A stretch of 64,000 nucleotides of DNA from Eledone cirrhosa (taxonomy: Eukaryota): the NCBI GenBank assembly GCA_964016885.1, contig OZ024742.1, positions 50,468,001 to 50,532,000 on the forward strand, given 5' to 3'. Position numbers and translations under genes: made by a program. Under the pieces are notes generated by a model. That model was not told the DNA's origin. It ran no database searches and was given only the letters and a program-made list of their open reading frames with translations. This document shows, piece after piece, positions 51,526 through 64,000 of the stretch (position 1 is its first letter; each line of letters opens with the position of its first letter).

Positions 51526-54500
51526 CTTGAATCTCAGTCATTGATGTTGGTTAACTGGAAAGTCCGTTGGAATGAATATCAAGCCACTACCTGCAGCCTC
51601 AGATATTCAGGACGTATCGGAGGGTTCTTGCTGTTCCCAGCAAGCATGCCTTTTGAAGCGTTCCAAAAAGCGTGAAGGGGCCGATTTTCTTTAAGCATCC
51701 CTGGAAACTTTTGGAGATAGTCCCCAGTGCGCCTATGACAATCGGGATCACTTTGACTTCATGGCAGTTCCAAATCCTTTTTACCTCCCACTTTAAGTCT
51801 TGGTATCGGTTAATTTTCTCCCTCTCCTTCTCTTGCACTCTCGTGTCGAATGGGCAGGCCACATCCACAATCAGAGACGCTCTTTTTTATTTGTCCACAA
51901 CCACCAGGTCAGGTCTATTGTGTTCCAGTTTCTTGTCCGTCTGTATCCTCAAATCCCAAAGCACTTTCACCTGATCGTTCTCCATCACCGCCTCTGGCCT
52001 ATGCTCATACCATTTCTAAGAATGTGGTAAATTGTTTACTTTGCACAGGTGCCAGTGGATCACCCTGCCCATCACATCATGTCTCCAGCCCTTATAGTGG
52101 GTCTGGGCTAGGTGTTTACACTCGGATACAATGTGAGCCACAGTCTCCTCTCTCTCTCCACAGATCCTGCACAGTGGGCTAGCCTCCTCCTTGTAAATAT
52201 CGTATTTCAACCACTTCGTTTTGAGGGCCTGCTCCTGTGCAGCCATTAACATTCCTTATGTAGCCTTTTTGAGGTCTCCTCTTCTCAACCAGTTCCATGT
52301 CTGTGGATCTCTAAATTCAGTTTTCTCAAAGAAGGTACTATGAAGGGATTTTCCCTGAAGGCTGCTCTTTCTACTTGATGTTATGTCCTCCTTGGACATC
52401 CCCTGGCCTACTGTCCCCTCCTTCAGTACAGTTCTGAGCGTTGGCTCCTTACTATCAGTCACGTATTTGTATAGGTTGTTTTTCTCCATCTGAACACAGT
52501 CCTCTAAGCTGATAAGACCTCTTCCACCCTCAGATCTCCTTAGGTAGAGTCTATCGACACCACTCCTCTTGTGGAACATGTTGTAGTTAGTCAATAGCTT
52601 CCTAGTCTTCCTATCCATTTCTTTTTGTTCAGCAACATTCCATCTCAGAATTCCCGCACTGTACCTAATAATAGACACAGCTCGGGAATTTACTGGGCTT
52701 ATGGCATTTCTGCTGTTCAGATGTGACTTCAATACGCTCCTTACTCTCCGAATGTATTCAGTTCTTAACAATTCCTTCATTTTTTTGTTCTTTATGCCAT
52801 CAGTCTCCAGAACGCCCAAATACTTGTATCCTTCCTCAGAGTCAATTTCCTTTATCATCTCACCTGTTGGTATCTGGATTCCGTTACTTCTGCTCAACCT
52901 ACCCCTCCTCATCACAATGACACCACACTTACTAATACCAAACTGCATACATATATCACTGCTGAAAATGCGGACAGTGTCAACAAGCACATCCAACTCC
53001 TTCTCACTCTTCCCGAAGAACTTAAGTTCGTCCATGAAGAGGAGGTGATTGATGGTAAGCTCTCCCTTTCCCAACTTGTATCCTGCTCTCACTTTCCGCA
53101 GCATAATGGTCAAGGGCATCAGGGCAAGGACAAACAACAGAGGGGACAGGCTATCTCCCTGGAAGATACCTCTCTTGATCTTCATGCATCCCAAGGATTC
53201 TCCAGTTGATGTCAACTCTGTCTCCCAGGACCCCATACTCCTGCCCAGCAACTGTCTGATGTTATCTGCCACCTTGAAGATCTCCAGGCTTTTGGTGATC
53301 CAAGAGTGAGGCACCATGTCAAATGCCTTTCTGTAGCCTATCCATCCCATGGCAAGATCAGTGTGTCTCCTCCTGCAATTCCCCATTACCATCTTATCAA
53401 TAAGTAACTGGTCCTTTGTACCACGTGACTTCTTTCGGCATCCTTTCTGTTCGTCCGGTAACAATTTGTTTGTGTGGAGGTGATGGTCGATTTCCTCAGA
53501 CACAACGCTCGTCAACAGTTTTCACATTACGGACAGACATGTGATAGGTCTATAGTTGGTAACATCATTACCCTTGATTCGGTCTTTCATTATCAGAACT
53601 GTGGTACCTTTTGTCAACCACTCTGGCATCTCACACGACACCAAGCAGTCATTGAACATGGCCGTCAGTTTCGGGTGGAGGGATGTTAAATTTTTAATCC
53701 AATACCCCTGCACACCATCTGGGCCTGTTGATTTCCAGTTGGTTAGTTTTTTGGCCTGCCCCTTAAGAGTTTCAACTGTGATACTCAAATCAGTTTGTTG
53801 GTGTGCCTGCTCACCGATCTCCCTCTGTACTGTCTCAATCCACCCTGCCTGGTCATTATGTCTAACATCCTGTTCCCATATTCCTCTCCAGAATGTTTTA
53901 GTTTGTTCCGCCTCAGGGATCAAGTCGTTGCCTCTTTCTTTCCCCTCAAGCTGTCCAAACAGCATCTTCTGGTTGTTGTCGAACGTGCGGTTCTGTTTAT
54001 ACTGACTGACTCTGTTCTCGTATCGCCTGATTTTTGCACTCTTTGCTACAATGCGTTGCTTCAGTTACTCTATGATAATATTTAGCTTTTTCCTCCTAGT
54101 TTTGTACTTTATTTCCAGTCTATTTTTAGTGCCTATGTTTTTTAGTGTCCCATTCTGTAGTGACTCAAGCTTTCCTATGTCATTTCTCATTTCCTTGATT
54201 TGACCGCTTAGTCGTTTCTTCCACCAAGGCTCTGCTCTTTCTTGTCTGCTGTTTCCTCTCGCTTTTATACCAAGTAGTTTCCTCACCGTATTTGCTGTTG
54301 CTTTGAGGATATTGTTGCACTGGTGAAGGCTCCTCGCCTCAAGGTATGGGATGACTTTGTTTACCTTAGCTGTTGTTTCTTTTAACTTTTTCCTGTCTAC
54401 AAATCTTAGGTTCATAGGTCTCCCACTATCATTGTTCAATTCATCTACCACTAAATTTAGGATGTCAACCGAATCTTGTCCTAGCCCGTCAGCATTCATC

Positions 54501-55450
54501 TCCTCAGTGGCCGTATCTCTGTTCCAGGTATTATTTATCTCAGTGTTCAGATCATTGTCTGCTTCGGGTGGTTCCTCCGTTCTCTCAACCTCTACACCTT
54601 CATTTCCAATGGCTCGTTTGTCTGGCATACTACACCCTCCATCTCCAAGCTATTCTCTCTGCTCAGTTCCTCCAGTTCCAGCTCGCTTATCCACCCATTA
54701 GTTCTTATCACCCGAGCCTGCCCGGCAATTTTTGTTCATCTAATTTAAATAGACCAATCTCGTTCCAGATGTTATGCATCCGTCTCCTATAGCCCCTCTC
54801 CTTGGGGTTACTTTTCAGGTAACATTGCATAACAGTTCTATTCAATTCTTTCGTCCAGTTGGTTCTGGCCCCTTTCCTTCTTCTTCTTCCTACAACACCA
54901 GCAGTATTTGGTTAACAGTCAGGTTCCTGCTGCTGAGCCAGGGAGCACCTGTTGGGTGAGAGTCTGTCACATGACGTTCTAGTCTCCATTTCACCGTTAT
55001 TCGAACTGTTTAGGTTCGATATTTAAACACTCTTATCGAGGATTGGCGAATGTATGGTTACATAGCCATCTGTGGATTCACCGTTTCCGGTGTTTGCGCC
55101 GTTCCATTTGGCACTTGTGTGGCATTATCACCACGCTGTAGACGAACACAAATAAACAAACAAACACACAGGCATAAAAAACCCAAAAATGAATAAGCAT
55201 AAGTTTCATTGTAATGTAGTGTTCGAATGTCTGACTTAGTTTTTTCCCCTCTCTTCTCTGCCCGTCCGCTTGTTTCTCTCTTCATTCTTATTTTCTTTAC
55301 GGTTTTTTTTTTGTTTTTTGTTTTTGTTTTTCTCTGTTTGTTTTTCTCGTTTTTTGCTGTTGTTGCTGTGCTGTTTTGGTTTTGCTGTTTGTTTTTTCTT
55401 TTTTCTTTTGAGTCTATCTATATATTTTGATGCCTTCCTCTTTTTTAGTG
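51523..55450 (-). mobile_element. Near full-length R4/Dong-like element (single ORF ~54989->51599 with few disruptions; 5' limit uncertain)
   Basis: N-terminal WTKELNRTVMQCY..GYRRRMH.IW; RT KSTGPDG, YRPIT, EQKG, KAFD, QGDSLSP, FMDE; CCHC CRICG..ETVAHIVSEC; RHD; RLE ..RPD..DVACP..EK..Y. Confidence 0.92.
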
Positions 55451-56046
55451 GGAATTCTATAATGTGGTGGCAGCAACTAGCAGAAGCAATGGGAGATAGC
55501 AGCGGCGGTAGTGATACTGAGACAGTAGTGGTGGTGATGTCGATACCGAGGCAGTGGTGGTGGTGATGTGATCGTATTACTGTAGTGATGGTGTTGTTGC
55601 GGTGGTAGCAATGAAGGAGTGGTGGCGGCGGTGATGGTGGGATATTGGTAGTAATGATGGCCGTTATCTGGCTGTTGTGTTTAGTGTACACAGAGAGGTG
55701 ATGGGGGTAGGTGGGGTATCTAGTTTCTGGTGTTGGTGAGATTGGTGTTGTTTGGCAGTTCTATATAGTGTAGACAGAGGAGGGGGGGGTTTCTTCCATT
55801 TATAGCCATTTTCTTTTTTGAATATACAATGTACAATACAAAGTTGAATATTTGAATATTTGAGCCTTATAACAATATATTTTGGGTCCGAAATTTTTTG
55901 GGGCTCAAGCCGGATGCTTTACGTTGCATTTGTATTAAGAGTTGTTATTTCACAAATGATTTAAATATGTTAAAAATTCAAAACTTACGGGAGCGATTTA
56001 ATGACCTTCTACCATCTCGTGCGTCTTCTTCCCTTTTCTATTATTA

Positions 56047-56096
<50 letters not shown>

Positions 56097-56110
56097 GATT
56101 ATTGTTATTA

Positions 56111-59100
56111 CTCTTTGAGTCTCAGTCATTGATGTTAGTTAACTGGAAAGTTTGTTGAAATGAATATCAAGCCACTACCTGCAGCCTCAGATATTCAGGA
56201 CATATCAGAGGGTTCTTGCTGTTCCCAGCAAGCATGCCTTTTGAAGCGTTCCAAAAAGCGTGAAGGGGCCAATTTTTTTTAACCATCCCTGGAAACTTTT
56301 TTGAGATAGTGCCTAGTGCGCCTATGACAATCGGGATCACTTTGACTTCATGGCAGTTCCAAAACCTTTTTACCTCCCACTTTAAGTGCTGGTATCGGTT
56401 AATTTTCTCCCTCTCCTTCTCTTGCACTCTCGTGTCGAATGGGCAGGCCACATCCACAATCAGGCACGAAATGTTTTCTTTGAACACAACCACCAGGTCA
56501 GGTCTATTGTGTTCAAGTTTCTTGTCTGTCTGTATCCTAAAATCCCACAGCACCTTCACCTGATGGTTTTCTATCACCGACTCTGGCTTACGCTCATACC
56601 ACTCTCAGAATGTGGTAAATTGTTTACTTTGCATAGGTGCCAGTGGATCACCCTGCCCATCACATCATGTCTCCAGCACATATAGTGAGTCTGGGCTAGG
56701 TGTTTACACTCGGATACAATGTGAGCCACAGTCTCCTCTCTCTCTCCACAGATCCTGAACAGTGGGCTAGCCTCCTCCTTGTAAATATGGTGTTTCAACC
56801 ACTTCGTTTTGAGGGCCTGCTCCTGCGCAGCCATTAAGATTCCTTCTGTAGCCTTTTTAAGGTCCCCTCTTTTCAACCAGTTCCATGTCTGTGGATCTCT
56901 AAATTCAGTTTCCTCAAAGAAGGTACTATGAAGGGATTTTTCCTGAAGGCTGCTCTTTCTCCTCGATGTTATTTGCTCCTTGGACATCCCGTGGCCTATT
57001 GTCTCCTCCTTCAGTACAGTTCTGAGCATTGGCTCCTTACTATCAGTCACGTATTTGTGTAGGTTGTTTTTCTCCATCTGAACACAGTCCTCTAGGCTGA
57101 TAAGACCTCTTCCACCTTTAGATCTCCTTAAGTAAAGTCTATCGACATCACTCCTCTTGTGGAACATGTTGTAGATAGTCAATAGCTTCCTAGACTTCCT
57201 ATCCATTTCTTTTTGTTCAGCAACAATCCATCTCAGAATTCCCGCACTGTACCTAATAATAGACACAGCTCGGGAATTTACTGAACTTATGGCATTCCTA
57301 CTGTTCAGATGTGACTTTAATACGCTCCTTATTCTCCGAATGTTTTCAGTTCTTATCAATTCCTTCATTTTTTTGTTCTTGATGTCATCTGCCTCCAGAA
57401 CGCCCAAATACTTGTATCCTTCTTCAGAGTCAATTTCCTTTATCATCTCACCTGTTGGTACCTGGATTCCGTTACTTCTGCTCAACTTACCGCTCTTCAT
57501 CACAATGACTCCACACTTACTAATACCAAATTGCATACATATATCATTGCTGAAAATACGGACAGTGTCAACAAGCACATCCAACTCCTTCTCACTCTTC
57601 CCGAAGAGCTTAAGATCGTCCATGAAGAGGAGGTGGTTGATGGTAAGCCCTCCCTTTCCCAACCTGTATCCTGCTCTCACTTTTCGCAGTACAATGGTCA
57701 GGGGCATCAGGGCAAGGACAAACAACAGAGGGGACAGACTATCACCCTGGAAGATACCTCTCTTGATATTCATGCTTCCCAACGATTCTCCAGTTGATGT
57801 TAACTCGATGTTAACTCTGTTTCCCAGGACTTCATACTTTTGCCCAACAACTGTCTGATATTATCTGCGACCTTGAAGATCTCCAGGATTTTGGTGATCC
57901 AAGAATGAGGCAAAATGTCAAATGCCTTTTTGTAGTCTATCCATCCCATGGTAAGACCAGTGTGTCTCCTCTTGCAATTCCTCATTACCATCTTATCAAT
58001 AAGTAACTGGTCCGTTGTAACACGTGACCTCTTTCGACATCCTTTCTGTCGTCCGGTAACAAGTTGTTTGTGTGGAGGTGATAGTCGATTTCCTCAGACA
58101 CAATGCTTGTCAACAGTTTCCACATTACGGACAGACATGTGATAGGTCTATAGTTGGTAACATCATTACCCTTGATTCGTTCTTTCATTACCAGAAATGT
58201 GGTAACTTTTGTCAACCACTCTGGTACCTCACCTGACATCAAGTAGTCATTGAAAATGGTTGTCAGTTTCGGGTGGAGGGAGGTTACATTTTTAATCCAA
58301 TAACCCTGCACACCATCTTGGCCTGGTGATTCCTAGTAGGTTAATTTTTTGGCCTGCCCCTTAAGAGTTTCAACTGTGATACTCAAATCAGTTTGTTGGT
58401 GTGCCTGTTCACTAATCTCCTTTTGTACTGTCTCAATCCACACTGCCTGGTCATTATGTTTAACATCCTGCTCCCATATTCCTCTCCAGAATATCTTAGT
58501 TTGTTTCGCCTCAGGGATCAAGTCGTTGCCTCTTTCTTTCCCTTCAAGCTGTCCAAACAACGTCTTCTGGTTGTTGTCAAACATGCGGTTCTGTCTATAC
58601 TGACTGAATCTGCTCTCGTATCGCCTAAATTTTGTACTCTTTGCTACTATGCGTTGCTTCAGTTCCTCTATGATAATATTTAGATTTTTCCTCCTAGTTT
58701 TGTATTTTATTTCCAGTCTATTTTTAGTGTCTATGTTTTTTAGTGTCCCATTCAGTAGGGACTCAAGCTTTCCAATGTCATTTCTCATTTCCCTGATTTG
58801 ACCATTCAATCGTTTCTTCCACCAAGGTTCTGATATTTCTTGTTTGTTGTTTCCTCTCGCTTTTATGCCAAGTAATTTCCTCACTGCATTTGCTGTTGCT
58901 TTGAGGATATTGTTGCACTGGTGAAGGCTCCTCGCATCAAGGTATGGGATGACTTTGTTTACCTTAGCTGTTGTTTCTTTTAACTTTTTCCTGTCTACAA
59001 ATGTTAGGTTCATTGGTTTACCACTATCATTGTTCATTTCACCTACCACCAAGTTTAGGATATCAACCAAATCTTGTCCTAGCCCGTCAGCATTCATCTC

Positions 59101-59505
59101 CTCATTGGCCGTATCTTTGTTCCAGGTATTATTTATTTCAGATCATTGTCTGCTTCGGATGGTTCCTCCGTTCTCTCAACCTCTTCACCTTCATTTCCCA
59201 CTGGTTCTTTTGCCTGGCATACTCCACTCTCCATTTCCAACCTAATCTCATTGCTCAGTTCCTCCAGTTCCAGCTCGCTTATCCACCCTCTTATTAACAG
59301 AGCCTGCCCGGCCAATTTTTGTTCATCTAAGTTAAATAGACCAATCTCGTTCCAGATGTTATGCATCCGTTTCCTATAACCTTTTTCCTTGGGGTTACTC
59401 TTCAGGTAACATTGCATAACAGTTCTATTCAATTATTTCGTCCAGTTGGTTCTGGTCCCTTTCCTTCTTCTTCCTCCGACACCAGCAGTATTTGGTTGAC
59501 AGCCA
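56111..59505 (-). mobile_element. R4/Dong-like element, almost full-length, frameshifted
   Basis: ORFs 59133-59432, 58333-59097, 57985-58311, 56574-57782 (FMDD), 56167-56577 (NRPD..DVACP); (TTA)n on both flanks. Confidence 0.92.
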
Positions 59506-59579
59506 GGTTGTTTTTCTCCATCTGAACACAGTCCTCTATGCTGAGGACTTATTATTATTATTATTATTATTATTATTTG

Positions 59580-60417
59580 CATTTATCTTGCTTTATGTTC
59601 ATACGAGTTATCACCAAGTCACAACCAGTGACCTCAAGAGACAACAAGGTCAGCCATGTTCAAGAAAGAACATACATACTCACACATGCATTTTAGTGTT
59701 TAGACTTGTGATGTAATTATATTGACAGAATCTTCCTTAGTATATGGGCAGTTCCCATTGGTACTATCTTTTGGATTTCTCCTATACGCGGGTTACCTGG
59801 GATTTGCGATAAGTAATCAATAGACCCCTTAGGTATCATTCCCAGAACGCCTACAACCACTGGTATTGTTTTAGTTCCCAATTTCCACATTTTTCCAATT
59901 TCTATCTCCAGGTCCTTATACTTGCTCAATTTTTCAAATGTTTTTATAGATACATTCTTGTCTATTGGAACAGACATATCAATTAGCAGGCATACCCTCT
60001 TTTTAAAGTCCTTCAATAATATATCAGGTCTATTTGCATCTATTTTTCGGTCTGTTTGGATGCTAAAGTTCCACAGGATTGAGATGCGATCTTTTTCAAG
60101 TATGGGAGGTGGTTGATGCTCCCACCAATTCTTTTGATGGGGCAGGTCAAAATGCTTACACATTATCCAATGTATGTATTGTGCAGCTCTGTCATGCCTG
60201 TTTAGGTATTCGGTTGGAGCTATAGGACTGCACATTGAAATTATATGGTCAATGGTCTCTGGTTGTTTTTTGCATACACGGCATAATGGGCTGCATCCAT
60301 TTTTTATTATGTTGGCTTGGTAATTTTTTGTTGGCAGACACTGATCTTGTGCTGATATAATCAGTCCTTCAGTCTCCGATTTCAGTCCAGAGGATGCCAA
60401 CCACTGATGGGTTAAAG
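59580..60417 (-). mobile_element. R4/Dong-like element of a different family, 3' part
   Basis: ORF 59717-60448: ETEGLIISAQDQ, CRVC..ETIDHIISMC, RHD, NRPDI..DMSVP..EK..KY; TAA tail. Confidence 0.85.
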
Positions 60418-60487
60418 TTTCGTTCATTGCAAGAAAGGTAAAGGACATGTTATGTTCCTAATTGAAAAGTTTGACTCTTGGACCAAA

Positions 60488-60579
<92 letters not shown>

Positions 60580-61002
60580 ATATTTATAGTAGTAGTAGTA
60601 GTTGTAGTGTTATTGTATATCTGAAAATTGAAAACCGTCAAAACATCTGAAACACAGTTTGAATAATTTTCAACTATTTCCACTTTTCCTTTGACACAGC
60701 AAGTTTTGGTGATTGACAATTACAAATCAAGTGAGGAACCATTTCTTAAACCAACTCCATTTTCCTAGGTGATTAGAGAGATGGGAATGGTTCCAGTGAT
60801 TATATGGGCCTTACAAATCAACTTATTTTTGAAATGTTTCCAAGTTTTTGAAAAGTGTGATATATAGTGGAAAAAGTAAAACAAATTTTCTCAATACATT
60901 TTCGTCTTCAACTGTTTCTTGGCATTCTAACATCTGGTCCAAGACTCAAACTTTTCAATTAGGACCATAACATATCCTTTAACTTTCCTGCAATGAACGA
61001 AA
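60418..61002. mobile_element. MITE-like element with ~75 bp terminal inverted repeats and internal (TTA)n/(AGT)n
   Basis: 60418-60492 is about the reverse complement of 60928-61002. Confidence 0.75.
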
Positions 61003-61719
61003 TAAATGAAATAATTTGCAGTGGGTTGGAAGAAACGTTCCAAAAATGATATTTAGCAATTTTCATTCAAATCCCGATGAGTGAACATTTGACATCGAAA
61101 TGTTGAAATTAGCTCACGGATTCACAGTATTAAACCTGGCGTATACACGGAGATCTGCTGACCTCAGGTTTGGAAACGTTGATTTAAAAAAAAGCAATAA
61201 AATGAACAAATTCACTAGTTTAGAAATATGTAAAATAGTAAACAAAAATGTTCTCTACAATCGAACATCCATATTAGTTTTCAACAAAATGAAGCTCATC
61301 AATACGTTGCGCCTGATATCTTGCGTAATCCCACCCACACACACCCACACGCATTTGTATATATATATATATATAGTCTCATGAGTTACTATAAAAGAAA
61401 GTATGAGAATAATATATAACGTCAAGTTATGTATAACAGAATAATAAATTTAACAAAAAGAAAATTAGAATATTAGAAAAAAGATAATATAATGTTTAAA
61501 TGAAGACGTATCAGCGTATTAAGAATTCGGAAACATTAAATGAATACAAAATAAAGAAAACAAATAATGAAATAAATAAGTATAAGAATAAATATGTAGG
61601 TACTTGTAAGATGTGTGTTGAATAAATATTTGTTAATGAAAAATAGTTAATGATAGAATGAAAGAATGAATGGAATGAAGGACGAATAATTCGGTTAGAA
61701 GATCAGTGGGAAGAATTGT

Positions 61720-62060
61720 TGTCCACTTCTGTGCGGTGGCGCACCCTGGAGTGGATTTAGAGGCCATTACTAAACGCACAGGTCAGTTGGTGGTTGGGTG
61801 TTGGGATAGCTTTCTTCATTGATGTTTGTCTTCAGCTGCCGGCTTCCTCCCCTCCTCAAAGCTGGCTGCAGTTGTTTTGATGGTCGCTCTACATTTCTTA
61901 CTGTCTTCTACCATGTGTTCATATTCCCTGTAATCAATATTGTCCTGGACCAGATGGCGCTCGTGTTGGTTTTTGAAGCTTTTCGGTGGGAACCTTGGTT
62001 TTGTTTGCCTTAACGCAGTACGCCGTAGAAAACCTCCTTTGGCATCCTAGGGAAACAGCA
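61720..62060 (-). mobile_element. Possible degenerate RTE 3' fragment
   Basis: GC-richer island with RTE-like C-terminal remnants on the minus strand. Confidence 0.35.
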
Positions 62061-62705
62061 CAGTACCTCTGAAATATATATATTGAAATATATTTGATCA
62101 CATGAATGTCTATATTTATTAATATTTTGAATTAATATATATATATATATATATATATAAATGTGTGTGTGTGTATGTGCATGTGTGTGTGTGTGTGTGT
62201 GTGGTGTTTAATACAAAATGCGACAAAGACAGTGAAACCTGGAGACAATAAATAAAGGGAAAGACAAAGGCAAGGAAAACACCAAGAAACTCCTGGTGTT
62301 CCACAGTCTCCGATAGAAATAATTTCCCAAACCTTTGAACAGGAACGGGAGTTATCACTATGGAACGTATAGCGCTAAATGTCACACTGTCCAAGAAATA
62401 GAGGAAATATGTGTAACCTTAATATAAAAGAACATAAAGTAAACTAATATATAGGACACATACCCACACATTGAATACATGTATGTATATATATATATAT
62501 ACATGTGTGTGTGTGTGTGTGTGTGTGCATACATGTGTGTGTGAGTGTGTATGTGTGGGTGTGTGTGCGCGCGTCTATGTATGTGTGTTGAGGGGGTGTT
62601 AGGTGTGTAACAACAGTTACAGGCCGTGTGCTGTTCGAAAGATTCAATGATGATACGAGGTCCGTTTCGTCTGGGTTGAAAGGTAATGTTAGGGTGTTGC
62701 AACAG

Positions 62706-62956
62706 ATACAAACTTAATTAGCATATTACAATTTGTTCTATATCGATAAGCTCAGTGTAAAATTAAGGTGACGGAACTTGACTCTTTTTCAATATCGCGT
62801 CAGATATGCGAACTTATATAAGAATATGTTTCTTTACACACATAAGCTCTCGCATATCTGATGAGATGCCGAAAGAAATCAGGGCTATGTTACTTTGATT
62901 GTACCCTGAGATGATTAATATCGAAACAATTGTAATATGCAAATAAGAGTTTGTAT
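62706..62956. mobile_element. ~250 bp diverged palindromic (fold-back) element
   Basis: ATACAAACT..GCATATTACAATT..TCAGATATGCGA pairs with TCGCATATCTGA..AATTGTAATATGC..AGTTTGTAT. Confidence 0.7.
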
Positions 62957-63043
62957 ATATGGTGCAGCACTGATTTCAACTCTTTTAAATCTGTCTCTCA
63001 CACACACACATACATTCCCTCTCTCCCCCACACACACTGTCTC

Positions 63044-63112
<69 letters not shown>

Positions 63113-63315
63113 ATAATAATAAAATTTAAGACTAAAATCCAAAGAGAGCTCGATAAGGATAAATATATATCAAATATATAAGAACCGTAGAGCAAACATT
63201 TATTAAAATAACAGATTAAAGTTTAAGCAAATATATATACACACACACACACACACAAGCATATATATATGCATATATAAATATGTGTATCTGTGTGTGT
63301 GTGTTGTGTGTAGCT

Positions 63316-63382
<67 letters not shown>

Positions 63383-64000
63383 TTATATATATATATATAT
63401 ATGTCATTATATCGTAGTTACTTGTTAATTGCAGTTAACTACGTAGGTATTAAAAACAAATAAATATGGACGTTTGGCAAAAAATCACGTTTTGTTGGAG
63501 CGAGGTAAATCTTGGACAGCTTTAACGCTGGGAGGGAATGTATGTAAATTGGAACCATCCCAGATATTTAGTAGAAACAGAAGTTCTTGTCGTAATTGAA
63601 GTAATACTGATTACAGTACCTGAATAAGGTGGTTAGTCTAAAAGCTGCAGGTTGTTAGAAGAGAACTATGCCAATCATTCCCTTATACACACATGTAGCG
63701 TAGATAGTTAAATAAAAATATATAGTGTACTATAATTGTGCGTATATATGTACAATAGCGCTTTATCACTATATATATATAGCATTGTGGTATTTGTTCT
63801 GGTTCTCTTCATTCTGGGTTGAAATGCTGGCGATATCAAGTTTGCTTTTAATCTTTCCAGAGTCGATATAATAAAGTATGATGATAGTATAGTGGTTGAT
63901 TTAATCAACTTTGTCCTTCACCTAAATTTGCTAGAACTGTGCCAAATTTACAAATCATTATATCACCATTATTAAATAACATTAATAAAGATACCATAAG

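Noticed and set aside
61070-61122. CCGATGA..AACATTT/AAATGTT..GAAA hammerhead-like string
   Set aside because: Core mismatch and no stem I adjacent to the cleavage position.

Overview
AT-rich, microsatellite-dense eukaryotic DNA, probably from an octopus or other cephalopod (inferred from a tRNA-derived SINE resembling the octopus OK/OR families and from the retroelement mix). I found no convincing host gene. The window is almost entirely retroelements sorted by microsatellite type. (1) R4/Dong-like RLE LINEs are all on the minus strand and stacked in (TTA)n tracts (1-971, 49.6-60.4 kb). (2) There are two Tx1/L1-like LINEs, several RTE fragments and a CRE-like RLE fragment. (3) Penelope-like elements (PLEs; RT + C-terminal GIY-YIG) of about three lineages sit in (TA)n, mostly as fold-back insertions where only one arm carries a terminal tail. 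(4) Nine hammerhead ribozyme motifs can be read directly from the sequence. (5) There are about 14 SINE copies and a few TIR/palindromic MITE-like elements. The most unusual signal is a ~130-nt non-coding core present six times in three (TA)n-inserted, tandemly duplicated 525-680 bp elements (22.8-25.3 kb, 41.9-42.6 kb). It shows compensatory base changes, a canonical kink-turn and a CUGAUGA-bearing three-way junction that is not a canonical hammerhead, so it is a candidate undescribed structured RNA or ribozyme. Clade names come from recalled motifs, not database searches, and boundaries are approximate.
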